Below, piece by piece: positions 39,463-47,597 of a stretch of 58,758 bases of DNA. The notes below the pieces were generated by a model. The model saw only the letters and a program-made list of their open reading frames with translations, had not been told where the DNA came from and searched no databases. The position numbers were made by a program, and so were the translations under genes. Source of the stretch: Flavobacterium sp. (lineage in GTDB: Bacteria; Bacteroidota; Bacteroidia; Flavobacteriales; Flavobacteriaceae); assembly GCA_035306305.1 (NCBI GenBank), contig DATGOD010000078.1, forward strand, positions 1 through 58,758, written 5' to 3'. The first letter of the stretch is position 1. Each line of letters opens with the position of its first letter.

Positions 39463-40476
39463 TTGCTCTTTGGCTTTAATAAAATCTGTAACCATATAAC
39501 TAATCAATTTTCCGATGAGATTCGGGTTTTTGTCCGAGCCAAAATTCGGAGCTCCTTCACATATATGTAAATAGGCCGCTTTGGGGCTTAATCCTAAATG
39601 ATGAATGAAACGGCGTGCGTCGGTAGATGTAAATCCAGTCGGCGTTATCGCACTCGACGGCATCATTTCGATGCTGTCCAAATCCATTTCGATGCCGTAT
39701 TTTTTGTCTTTTATATGTTGATAAGCAATATTGAGCTGTGTAATAAAAGTTTTCTCTTCTCGAATAGCAATTTCTTCAAAAGTGTTATAAGCTACATTTC
39801 CGTTTGTATCACTGATTTCTTGAAAAATGCTTTTGGAAGTATAATTTTCATGTAAACCAAAGATAAAATATTTGTCTAAGAATTTTTCTTCATAAGCATA
39901 GCTAAAACCATTTCCGCTGTGTCGTCCTTCACGAGCTCTAAAATCAGTGTGGGCATCAAAGTTTATAGCATTTACGGCTGTTCCGGAGTGTAAAGCCAAA
40001 GCCTTTATACTCCCGTAAGCGTTGTTGTGTCCGCCGCCAATTACAATCGGAATTTTGTTGTATTTGTGGATGATATGCAATAAATGTGTAACTTCTTTGT
40101 CGATAATTTCAACTAAATGGTAGAGGTCTTTGGGCTGAGATGTCGTGGCGTCAGATAATAAATTATCAAACGAAAAACTTCCCAAAACACCGACCCAATT
40201 GCCTTTGCAATATTTGTTGTGTTGTATGTTTAAAAGACTTTTTAGCGTATTTTCCCAAGCCATTCGTGTGCCACCTCGTCCCAAATTTGCTTGAACGCCG
40301 ATGTCTTCTTCAATGCCCAATAAAATATATTTTGCAGAGGTCTCTTCGAGAAATATTTCAATAGGGCGATGATCAGGAAAATCTATTTTTTCTCCAAATT
40401 TCTTTTCTCCCTTTCTAGGATTAGTGAATTTATCGCATTGTGTGCTGTCAAAAGCTTTAAAATATGTTGAATTCAT
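39451..40476 (-). CDS. hutG: Formimidoylglutamase (arginase family)
   Basis: IGGGHNNAY, NFDAHTDFR, HSGNGF and DLDS motifs; next to hutI. Confidence 0.88.
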   Translation of the reverse strand: MNSTYFKAFDSTQCDKFTNPRKGEKKFGEKIDFPDHRPIEIFLEETSAKYILLGIEEDIGVQANLGRGGTRMAWENTLKSLLNIQHNKYCKGNWVGVLGSFSFDNLLSDATTSQPKDLYHLVEIIDKEVTHLLHIIHKYNKIPIVIGGGHNNAYGSIKALALHSGTAVNAINFDAHTDFRAREGRHSGNGFSYAYEEKFLDKYFIFGLHENYTSKSIFQEISDTNGNVAYNTFEEIAIREEKTFITQLNIAYQHIKDKKYGIEMDLDSIEMMPSSAITPTGFTSTDARRFIHHLGLSPKAAYLHICEGAPNFGSDKNPNLIGKLISYMVTDFIKAKEQLSV

Positions 40477-40538
40477 CTGAAATGTTAATTATTTTTTTTA
40501 ACAGATTAAATATAAAAACATTGCTTATATTTGTCCGA

Positions 40539-40631
40539 GGTAAATGTCAATCGATACAGCATCGATTAAAATATTTTTCATAACTATTTTTTTCACACCA
40601 AAAACATATTTTGCTTTTGGTGTGTTTTTTT
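40539..40631 (+). ncRNA. Candidate small RNA (about 90 nt) between hutG and hutI
   Basis: TATATTTG -7 element at 40526-40533, hairpin 40549-40567 and terminator 40594-40631 all on the + strand, opposite to both flanking genes. 5' end is an estimate. Confidence 0.5.
40594..40631 (+). terminator. Intrinsic terminator oriented for the + strand
   Basis: CACACCAAAA...TTTTGGTGTG followed by T7; no U-tract in the - direction. Confidence 0.7.
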
Positions 40632-41865
40632 ATACCATTTTACCATTGATAATCACTTGTTCAATTAGCATATCTCCGAAATTATACGGAATTTGATAAA
40701 ACGAATTCAGCTTTTCAGTAATCATCACATTGGCTTTTTTTCCTCTGGTAATGCTTCCGTGCGAATCCAACAAATCCATTGCATACGCTCCGTTGATGGT
40801 GGCAGCATTGATGGCTTCTTCTGGTGTCATTCGTAATTTGATACAGGCAGTAGCTACAACCAAATTCATATTGCCAGAAGGTGTTGTCCCAGGATTATAA
40901 TCTGAGGCAATAGCCAAAGGCAATCCGGCATCAATGATTTTCCGAGCTGGCGTGTACGGAATCGTAATAAAAAACGAGCAAGTTGGCAAAGCAACTGGCA
41001 TAGTTTTGCTGCCTTTTAATACTTCGATGTCCTTGTCGGTAACTATTTCTAAATGATCTACAGACAAGGCACCGTGTTTCACACAAGATTCGATGCCGTC
41101 AATTGCTGTAAACTGATTGACGTGTATCTTTGGTTTTAGTCCATATTTTTTACCAACTTGCATAATTCTTTCGGTTTCTTCCACAGAAAAATAACCAGTT
41201 TCTAAAAAGGCGTCGACAAATTCTGCCAGATTTTCTTGTGCAATAGCCGGAATCATTTCATTGCATAACAAATCGATATATCCTTGATGATTTTCCTTAT
41301 ATGCAGGCGGAAAAGCATGTGCACCCAAAAAAGTCGCTTTAATCATTCCGGGATAATCGGCTTGCAAACGTTTGATAACACGCAACATTTTTAACTCAGA
41401 TTCGGTTGTAAGGCCATATCCTGATTTGATTTCGATAGCTCCGGTTCCCATTTTCACGACGTTGTCTAATCGTTTTTTGGCTTGTGCATAAAGCTCATCT
41501 TCTGAAGTTTCTTGTAATCTTTTAGCAGAATTCAGAATACCTCCACCTCTTTCAAATATTTCTTCATAGCTCAAACCATTGATTCTGTCCACAAATTCTT
41601 GTTCGCGATTGCCCGCATAAACAAGATGTGTGTGGCTATCTACCCATGTGGGTAAGACAAATTTACCTTTTGCATCAATGATTTTATCAGCGTTATTATC
41701 CGTCAAATCTTCCATTTTACCATAATCAACAATAAGGTCTTTGTCGATTTTCAAAAAGGCATTTTCAATCAAAGGCAGGGTTTTCATTTCGTCTCCAGAC
41801 AAAAAGCTTGTTGTTTTTTCTCTAACTTGTATAAGCGATTGAATGTTTATAATTAATAGGCTCAT
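40630..41865 (-). CDS. hutI: Imidazolonepropionase
   Basis: VDSHTHLV, EIKSGYGL, FLGAH, SVDHLE and ASDYNPG motifs. Confidence 0.95.
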   Translation of the reverse strand: MSLLIINIQSLIQVREKTTSFLSGDEMKTLPLIENAFLKIDKDLIVDYGKMEDLTDNNADKIIDAKGKFVLPTWVDSHTHLVYAGNREQEFVDRINGLSYEEIFERGGGILNSAKRLQETSEDELYAQAKKRLDNVVKMGTGAIEIKSGYGLTTESELKMLRVIKRLQADYPGMIKATFLGAHAFPPAYKENHQGYIDLLCNEMIPAIAQENLAEFVDAFLETGYFSVEETERIMQVGKKYGLKPKIHVNQFTAIDGIESCVKHGALSVDHLEIVTDKDIEVLKGSKTMPVALPTCSFFITIPYTPARKIIDAGLPLAIASDYNPGTTPSGNMNLVVATACIKLRMTPEEAINAATINGAYAMDLLDSHGSITRGKKANVMITEKLNSFYQIPYNFGDMLIEQVIINGKMV

Positions 41866-41970
41866 AGGAAAAATATTTGCCTCAAAAATACTTTTTTTAT
41901 TTGTGAATTAAAATTATTCTGTCCAGGAAGATATTATAATTTTCAACATATTCTCCCTATATTTGCCATC

Positions 41971-42070
41971 AGAAAGGTGAATCAGGTGCAAATCCTGAAC
42001 TGTCGCGCAACTGTAACTGGTTTATAAATCAGAAGTCAGATCCCTAAAAATGCTTTCGCGTCTAAAAGCT
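41971..42070 (+). promoter_or_regulatory. Cobalamin riboswitch (compact, Cbl-II/AdoCbl-variant-like)
   Basis: AGGTGAA-TCAGG TGCAAAT CCTGA (P4 T-loop)-ACTGTCGCGCAACTGTAA-short hairpin-AAGTCAGATCCCT (B12 box)-GCTTT CGCGTCTA AAAGC (P13 loop can kiss L5 CGCG). TATATTTG promoter at 41958-41965. Confidence 0.85.
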
Positions 42071-42152
42071 AATGATTTGTTTAGTAGATAAATGAGTTAG
42101 TTTTTTGTGGCTCTCAAGCATAATTAAATCAATCATTATAAATAATTTAATT

Positions 42153-42542
42153 ATGAATTTAGAACAAAGAATCCAAAATTCTGAAACCCGTATTTTTAAA
42201 GCAGTTTTCCCAAACACCACCAATCATTACGATACTTTATTTGGTGGAACAGCCATGCAACTGATGGATGAAGTCGCTTTTATCACAGCTACTCGTTTTA
42301 GCCGACAAAAAATGGTAACTATCAGTAGTGAACGCATCGATTTTACTCAGCCAATTCCGGCCGGAACAATTATCGAACTGGTTGGAAAAGTAACTAAAAT
42401 CGGTAATACCAGTTTGGTTGTCCATGTCGAAATTTTTGTAGAACAAATGTATTCATCGGGGCGTGAAAGTGCGATTTCTGGTAATTTTACTTTTGTAGCT
42501 ATCGACGAAAATAAAAAGCCTGTACGTATTATTAAAGAATAG
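42153..42542 (+). CDS. Hotdog-fold acyl-CoA thioesterase (YciA-like)
   Basis: VFPNTTNHYDTLFGGTAMQLMDE, GNTSL and FTFVAID motifs; ATG 42153. Confidence 0.9.
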   Translation: MNLEQRIQNSETRIFKAVFPNTTNHYDTLFGGTAMQLMDEVAFITATRFSRQKMVTISSERIDFTQPIPAGTIIELVGKVTKIGNTSLVVHVEIFVEQMYSSGRESAISGNFTFVAIDENKKPVRIIKE

Positions 42543-42656
42543 TATAATTATTAACAACATAGACTTTTCTCCTTTTTTATAAATTTCCATATATTTGTTC
42601 AGGTTAAGCTTTTGTAGTTTGGTCTGGAATTTGTGGTTGAATGACAAATTAATTTT

Positions 42657-43580
42657 ATGAAAAGAAAAGTCAGGTATATTGGTTGGATTTTGATATTGTT
42701 TCCGTTAGGTATTTTTGCCCAAACAAACGAAACTACAGAGAATACACCAGACCCCATAGCCGTAGTAAACGGATATATTGTTAGATATTCAGATTTAGCC
42801 AGACTCAAATCTGAGTATATAGCTACTATAACTGAATTAGATTCCGAAGACGCGATGAAATTGTTTGGAGATAGAGCCAAAGGTGGAGCTATTGTGGTAA
42901 AGTTAATAGGAAGAAATACTATTGGTACTGGCGAAAAAATAGAGGAGGAGCTTATTACTCGTGCCGAAAAAATAGCCGAGGCTAAAGAAGCCGAACGCCA
43001 ACGATTAGCCGAAGAAAAAGCGAAAGCTGAAGAAGCCGAACGTCAGCGTTTGGCCGAACAACAAGTAGAAGAAGTGGCACAAGAAAATACTGCTGCACAT
43101 GAAGATGTAGCGTCTGAAGAAGTCGAACGTCAACGCTTAGCAGAAGAAAAAGCCAAAGCTGAAGAAGCCGAACGCCAAAGATTAGCGGAGGAAAAAGCTA
43201 AAGCTGAAGAAGCTGAACGTCAACGCTTAGCCGAAGAAAAAGCTAAAGCTGAAGAAGCCGAACGCCAAAGATTAGCGGAGGAAAAAGCGAAAGCTGAAGA
43301 AGCTGAACGTCAACGCTTAGCCGAAGAAAAAGCAAAAGCTGAAGAAGCCAAGGCAAAAGAGGAAAGTCGCTTAGCATTTGATTTTGCTGGACAGTTGCAA
43401 AAAGATTTTGAAAAAAGCGTAAAAGACCCGAAGGTAAAGAAAATATTAGTCAACGGAAAAGAAGTAACCAAGGAAGAGGCTTTAAAGATAAACGTATTTG
43501 ATGTAGAAACATCTATTGTTACATACAATACCGAAAAAACGGAGTCTGTGTTAGAAATTCGTTTAACTCAAAAAAATTAA
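42657..43580 (+). CDS. Exported protein: plug-like domain, 15-aa charged helical repeats, second plug-like domain
   Basis: Signal peptide ending GIFA-Q; PIAVVNG...AMKLFGDRAKGGAIVVKL; (EAERQRLAEEKAKAE)n; own TATATTTG promoter at 42590-42597. Confidence 0.75.
   Translation: MKRKVRYIGWILILFPLGIFAQTNETTENTPDPIAVVNGYIVRYSDLARLKSEYIATITELDSEDAMKLFGDRAKGGAIVVKLIGRNTIGTGEKIEEELITRAEKIAEAKEAERQRLAEEKAKAEEAERQRLAEQQVEEVAQENTAAHEDVASEEVERQRLAEEKAKAEEAERQRLAEEKAKAEEAERQRLAEEKAKAEEAERQRLAEEKAKAEEAERQRLAEEKAKAEEAKAKEESRLAFDFAGQLQKDFEKSVKDPKVKKILVNGKEVTKEEALKINVFDVETSIVTYNTEKTESVLEIRLTQKN
42987..43343 (+). repeat. 45-bp coding tandem repeat (five contiguous units 43119-43343 plus about 1.6 units from 42987)
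   Basis: Unit GAAGCNGAACGYCAAMGMTTAGCNGARGAAAAAGCNAAAGCTGAA read directly from the sequence. Confidence 0.92.
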
Positions 43581-43607
43581 GGAGGGGTTTTTAAATCCCT
43601 CCTTTTT
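43579..43607. terminator. Intrinsic terminator between convergent genes
   Basis: AAGGAGGGGTTT-TT-AAATCCCTCCTTTTT. Confidence 0.75.
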
Positions 43608-43616
43608 ATATTTCAT

Positions 43617-44183
43617 CTAGCTGGTCATTTGAAAAACGATGTCTTGATAAACATAAGCATTGGCTTTCTGTAAAAAAGCTGTTTTTTCTGCTCCGCCTAA
43701 GGCAAGAACTGGAACAAATGTAAATGCTTCGCCTTGCTGAAGAACACCTTTTTCGGCAATAGCTTTTGTGAAAAGGTCTTCTCTTAACCACATTTCACGC
43801 TCTTCCTCATTGATTAAAAAATCTTCAAAGAACGATTCCATGCTCCATGCCAGTGCTTGTATGTCTCTGTATTGAATATCGAGCATACAAATATCCTCGT
43901 CAGTTTCTGTCAGTTTGCGATAATAAAACAATTCGCCAAATCCGGTTATGGCAAAAGGCGTGTAATGACTAACTTCCTTTCCAAGCCATGTCCACAGATT
44001 GTCTTCATAATCTTTTGGATTGATGATTTCAATCAAACCGTCGTTGTATTTGCCCAAACCGGTAGTTTTCCAAATGTCGATGAGCAAAGCCGGAACCTTG
44101 TCTTTATATTCGTTGATTAATTCTTCAGAAGCGATGACGTTATTTGCATCGGCTTGATAGTGTTTTTTGAAATTTGCTAACAT
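43617..44183 (-). CDS. GAD-like / DUF1851 (Tdi1-type) toxin immunity protein
   Basis: VPALLIDIWKTTGLGKY.DG...INP.DY and TGFGELF, C-terminal FVPVLALGG; own TATTTTTG promoter at 44213-44220. Confidence 0.8.
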   Translation of the reverse strand: MLANFKKHYQADANNVIASEELINEYKDKVPALLIDIWKTTGLGKYNDGLIEIINPKDYEDNLWTWLGKEVSHYTPFAITGFGELFYYRKLTETDEDICMLDIQYRDIQALAWSMESFFEDFLINEEEREMWLREDLFTKAIAEKGVLQQGEAFTFVPVLALGGAEKTAFLQKANAYVYQDIVFQMTS

Positions 44184-44329
44184 ATTGCTCTATTTTAACA
44201 GTAGCTAACTTACAAAAATATCCCACGTTCAGAAACGGAAAAAGTGCTAAAATGAGCAATTTAATGTTAGTTTATCACTGGGTTAATGTGGCGTTTACTT
44301 ATGCTGGGTTTTATCATTAACGAGATAAT

Positions 44330-44364
44330 AAAAAACCGATGAAGTCTATTTACTTTCATCGGTT
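44330..44364 (-). terminator. Intrinsic terminator after ribB
   Basis: AAAAAACCGATGAA...TTCATCGGTT just downstream of the ribB stop. Confidence 0.75.
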
Positions 44365-44373
44365 GTATGTTTA

Positions 44374-45507
44374 TTAAAACCCAACAATCTCCGTAATTTC
44401 CAAACCATAACCAATCATTCCCACGCGTTTAGTTTGTTGAGAATTACTCATTAGTTTCAGTTTGGAAATGTTCAAATCGTGTAATATTTGAGCACCGATA
44501 CCAAAATCTCTTTCGTCCATTTCCAATTTAGGAGCTTTGATAAGTTGATGATTATCAGTTTGTAATTGTTTTAAATGCCCCAATCGGTTGAGTAAATCAA
44601 TGGAACTAATGTTTTTATCGATAAAAATAATCGCTCCTTTTTCGGCTTTATTCAATGCATCAAACATACGGTCGAGTTTGTCGCTATTTGGATTGGTTAA
44701 AATATCAAGCACATCACTATTTACGTGCGACGAATTGATACGTGTCAGGATAGGATCGCCGTCGTTCCAAACGCCTTTTGTCAATGCAATATGAACCTTT
44801 TTATTTGTTACTTGGTGATAAGCTCTCAAACGATAAGTACCGTATTTGGTCGTTAATTCAAAATCTTCTTTTTTCTGAATCAAACTGTCGTGTTTCATTC
44901 GATAAGCAATCAAATCTTCGATAGAAACCAGTTTCATATCAAACTTTTTAGCCACTTCTTTCAATTGCGGAAGTCTAGCCATTGTACCATCTTCATTGAG
45001 AATTTCAACTAAAATTCCGGCTGGGTTCAAGCCTGCAAGTCGGGCAAAATCTACAGCTGCTTCGGTATGTCCAGACCTTCTCAACACGCCGCCTTCTTTG
45101 GCAATAAGTGGAAAAATATGTCCGGGACGACCTAAATCTTCCGGTTTAGTTTCTGGTTTGACCAAATGTTGAATGGTTTTGGCTCTGTCGTGAGCCGAAA
45201 TTCCGGTGGTGCAACCATGCCCGATTAAATCTACAGAAACCGTGAAAGCTGTGTGATGCAATACGGTATTATTGTGAACCATTGGTTTTAAATCGAGTTC
45301 TTTGCATCGTTTTTCTGTTAATGGTGCACAAATCAGTCCTCGTCCGTGTGTTGCCATGAAGTTAATCATTTCGGGCGTTACCTTTTCGGCGGCAGCGACA
45401 AAATCACCTTCATTTTCACGGTCTTCATCATCGACGACAATAATCATTTTTCCTTGACGAATATCTTCGATGGCTTCTTCGATAGTATTGAGTTGTATAT
45501 CTGACAT
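44374..45507 (-). CDS. ribB: 3,4-dihydroxy-2-butanone-4-phosphate synthase fused to a degenerate GTP cyclohydrolase II domain (RibBX type)
   Basis: [26 protein letters not shown] and GHTEA; C-terminal domain lacks the RibA cysteines. Confidence 0.9.
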   Translation of the reverse strand: MSDIQLNTIEEAIEDIRQGKMIIVVDDEDRENEGDFVAAAEKVTPEMINFMATHGRGLICAPLTEKRCKELDLKPMVHNNTVLHHTAFTVSVDLIGHGCTTGISAHDRAKTIQHLVKPETKPEDLGRPGHIFPLIAKEGGVLRRSGHTEAAVDFARLAGLNPAGILVEILNEDGTMARLPQLKEVAKKFDMKLVSIEDLIAYRMKHDSLIQKKEDFELTTKYGTYRLRAYHQVTNKKVHIALTKGVWNDGDPILTRINSSHVNSDVLDILTNPNSDKLDRMFDALNKAEKGAIIFIDKNISSIDLLNRLGHLKQLQTDNHQLIKAPKLEMDERDFGIGAQILHDLNISKLKLMSNSQQTKRVGMIGYGLEITEIVGF

Positions 45508-45509
45508 AA

Positions 45510-46961
45510 TTATTTTTTGGTTGTATTTTGATTTTTAAATTGTTTGGCAAACCACGTTTTAACGTCGTACCAAATATTGTCCATACTCGTAATTCCTCTG
45601 TCTCGAGTAGCTTTGTAAGTAAAGTTTACGGCAAGTGGCGACAAAACAAATGTACCGACCCAAGCACCAATCCATCCAGAGAGCACATTTTCTTGTGCTA
45701 ATTTATAACCAAAGGTATTGATAAAATGGTAGGTAATAAATATGATTACGGCAAAAACTATCGGCAACCCGATTCCACCTTTGCGTATGATAGCTCCTAA
45801 TGGTGCTCCGAGAAAGAACATCAATATACAAGAAAATGACAAAGCAAATTTGTTTTGTAAAACATATTCGTGAAAATTGATTTCTTTGAGTTGCTCTTCA
45901 TTTCGATTGATGTTGTTTTGCATAGAAAACAAAATACTTTCGGCATTGTTTGCGGCTGCTTGATATATTTGTGATAACCGTTGTGGCGAATCGGCTTTTA
46001 AAAGTTCATCTTCGGTATTTACAGCGATGATGGTTTTATCTGTTTGCTTTTGAAATACGGGTTTCTCTGTACGGACAGCGATATTTTCGGTTTGCGAATT
46101 GATTTCTCTCGACAAGCTGGTGCCCAATGAATCCATGGCTTTTGTCAATTGGCTGATGTTCATCATTTTGGCATTACTGTTGATTTCTTCGTTGTTGTCT
46201 TGAGTTTCAAACTGAGCCAAATCCACTATGATAGTATATTTTTCAAAATGAGCTTTAGCAAATGGCATCCGTTGTTGTTGAGAATAGCTTTTGGCGGCGA
46301 CATCTTCGTAATAATTTCCGTTGAGTAAGTGCAATTTGAGTAAATTCGTTTCTTCTTCACTTTCTAATTCTCCTTCGTGCGAACGGATTACTGTGCGGTT
46401 AACTGTGCCTACATCTGATTTGATATGAATGGTTACATTTTCTAAATGTTCGCCTTTGTCTCCCGTTTTTTGATCCACTTTCATATTGATTTTGCCTAAA
46501 TCGTTGAATTGTCCGGGAGCAATTGCCATAGCGGGTTTTGTTTGAACGATTTCGTGTCGCAAACTAGTAAATTTATATTCACTTTGCGGTGCTACATCAT
46601 TCATAAACCAAAAAGATACAAATGACAAGCAAATGATGAAAAATATAGGTGCACGCATGGCACGCTGCAAAGAAACTCCAGCAGATTTGAGTGCGGCAAA
46701 TTCGTAGTTTTCGGCAAAATTACCAAAAGTCATAATAGATGCCAATAGCACCGACAAAGGCAAAACCATCGAGATCATTCGTGGCGAATAGTAAAATAAA
46801 AATCGGGCTACGGTAAATAAATCCAAATCTTTACCTGCCAATTCTTCGATATATACCCAAACGCCTTGTAAAACAAAAATGAAATACAAAACGGTAAATA
46901 CCGACAAAAATGATTTTACTAAACTCGATAATATGTATTTGTCTATTATTTTCACAGCCAA
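45510..46961 (-). CDS. lptF: LptF/LptG-family LPS export permease
   Basis: LPLSVLLASIMTFGNFAENYEFAALKSAGVS and LGAPLGAIIRKGG; start may be GTG 46955. Confidence 0.88.
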   Translation of the reverse strand: MAVKIIDKYILSSLVKSFLSVFTVLYFIFVLQGVWVYIEELAGKDLDLFTVARFLFYYSPRMISMVLPLSVLLASIMTFGNFAENYEFAALKSAGVSLQRAMRAPIFFIICLSFVSFWFMNDVAPQSEYKFTSLRHEIVQTKPAMAIAPGQFNDLGKINMKVDQKTGDKGEHLENVTIHIKSDVGTVNRTVIRSHEGELESEEETNLLKLHLLNGNYYEDVAAKSYSQQQRMPFAKAHFEKYTIIVDLAQFETQDNNEEINSNAKMMNISQLTKAMDSLGTSLSREINSQTENIAVRTEKPVFQKQTDKTIIAVNTEDELLKADSPQRLSQIYQAAANNAESILFSMQNNINRNEEQLKEINFHEYVLQNKFALSFSCILMFFLGAPLGAIIRKGGIGLPIVFAVIIFITYHFINTFGYKLAQENVLSGWIGAWVGTFVLSPLAVNFTYKATRDRGITSMDNIWYDVKTWFAKQFKNQNTTKK

Positions 46962-47591
46962 TTAATCAACTTCATAAACATAATATCCTGGGTAATTTGA
47001 TTTTTTGAATTGAAACTCAGAATCAGAGATGTTTAGGTTGCTTTTAAAATTGTTGATAGTTAATGTATTTCTGCCTTGGAATGCGTCTATTTCAATGATT
47101 TTATAAACCATATTCGTTTTGATATCGATACCAATCAAACCACTGTTTTTGACTTGTGAACTTGATTTTGGTGTCAGTTTAATAAACTGAATTTTTCTGC
47201 CGTCGTTGAGTTGTTGTTCAATATCCCATTGGAAGTTATATTCACTGGTTTTGAAATACGACAATAGGGAAGAAGGTGTCATAATTCCCATATCCTCAGA
47301 TTGGTTATACACATTCACTTCTTTATCTTGCGGATTGATGTTATACGTTTTTTGACCGTCATAAATCATCGACAAACCTTCAAGCTCAATTTTAAACTTT
47401 TCTCCTTTCACTTTGATGTTGCCGTCAAAATAGTTTTCGCCACTCAGCATGGTAAATGAGAAGCTGTAATTCTTTAAACTATTGATTTTAGTTTTGGTCT
47501 GTTCGTACAATTTCATCGCTTTGTCAGAAGTCTGTGCCTGTGCGATATGCACGGATATCAAAGCTAAGAGGATTAAAAAATGCTTTTTCAT
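46962..47591 (-). CDS. lolA: Outer-membrane lipoprotein carrier LolA-family protein
   Basis: Signal peptide; KGEKF, YDGQKTY, EVNV and TPSSLL; conserved ftsK-lolA-lptF order. Confidence 0.78.
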   Translation of the reverse strand: MKKHFLILLALISVHIAQAQTSDKAMKLYEQTKTKINSLKNYSFSFTMLSGENYFDGNIKVKGEKFKIELEGLSMIYDGQKTYNINPQDKEVNVYNQSEDMGIMTPSSLLSYFKTSEYNFQWDIEQQLNDGRKIQFIKLTPKSSSQVKNSGLIGIDIKTNMVYKIIEIDAFQGRNTLTINNFKSNLNISDSEFQFKKSNYPGYYVYEVD

Positions 47592-47597
47592 AACTGG

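Noticed and set aside
42105-42152. Upstream TTG start for the thioesterase
   Set aside because: Begins in the U-tract of the riboswitch expression platform; ATG 42153 has the typical A/T-rich context.
42987-43343. 45-bp repeats as a CRISPR array
   Set aside because: Contiguous units with no unique spacers, variation almost only at synonymous sites, and no cas genes.
44261-44300. TTAATGT repeated at 22-bp spacing upstream of the immunity gene, similar to the pho-like unit
   Set aside because: Only two good copies in AT-rich DNA and no functional link to phosphate; too weak to call.
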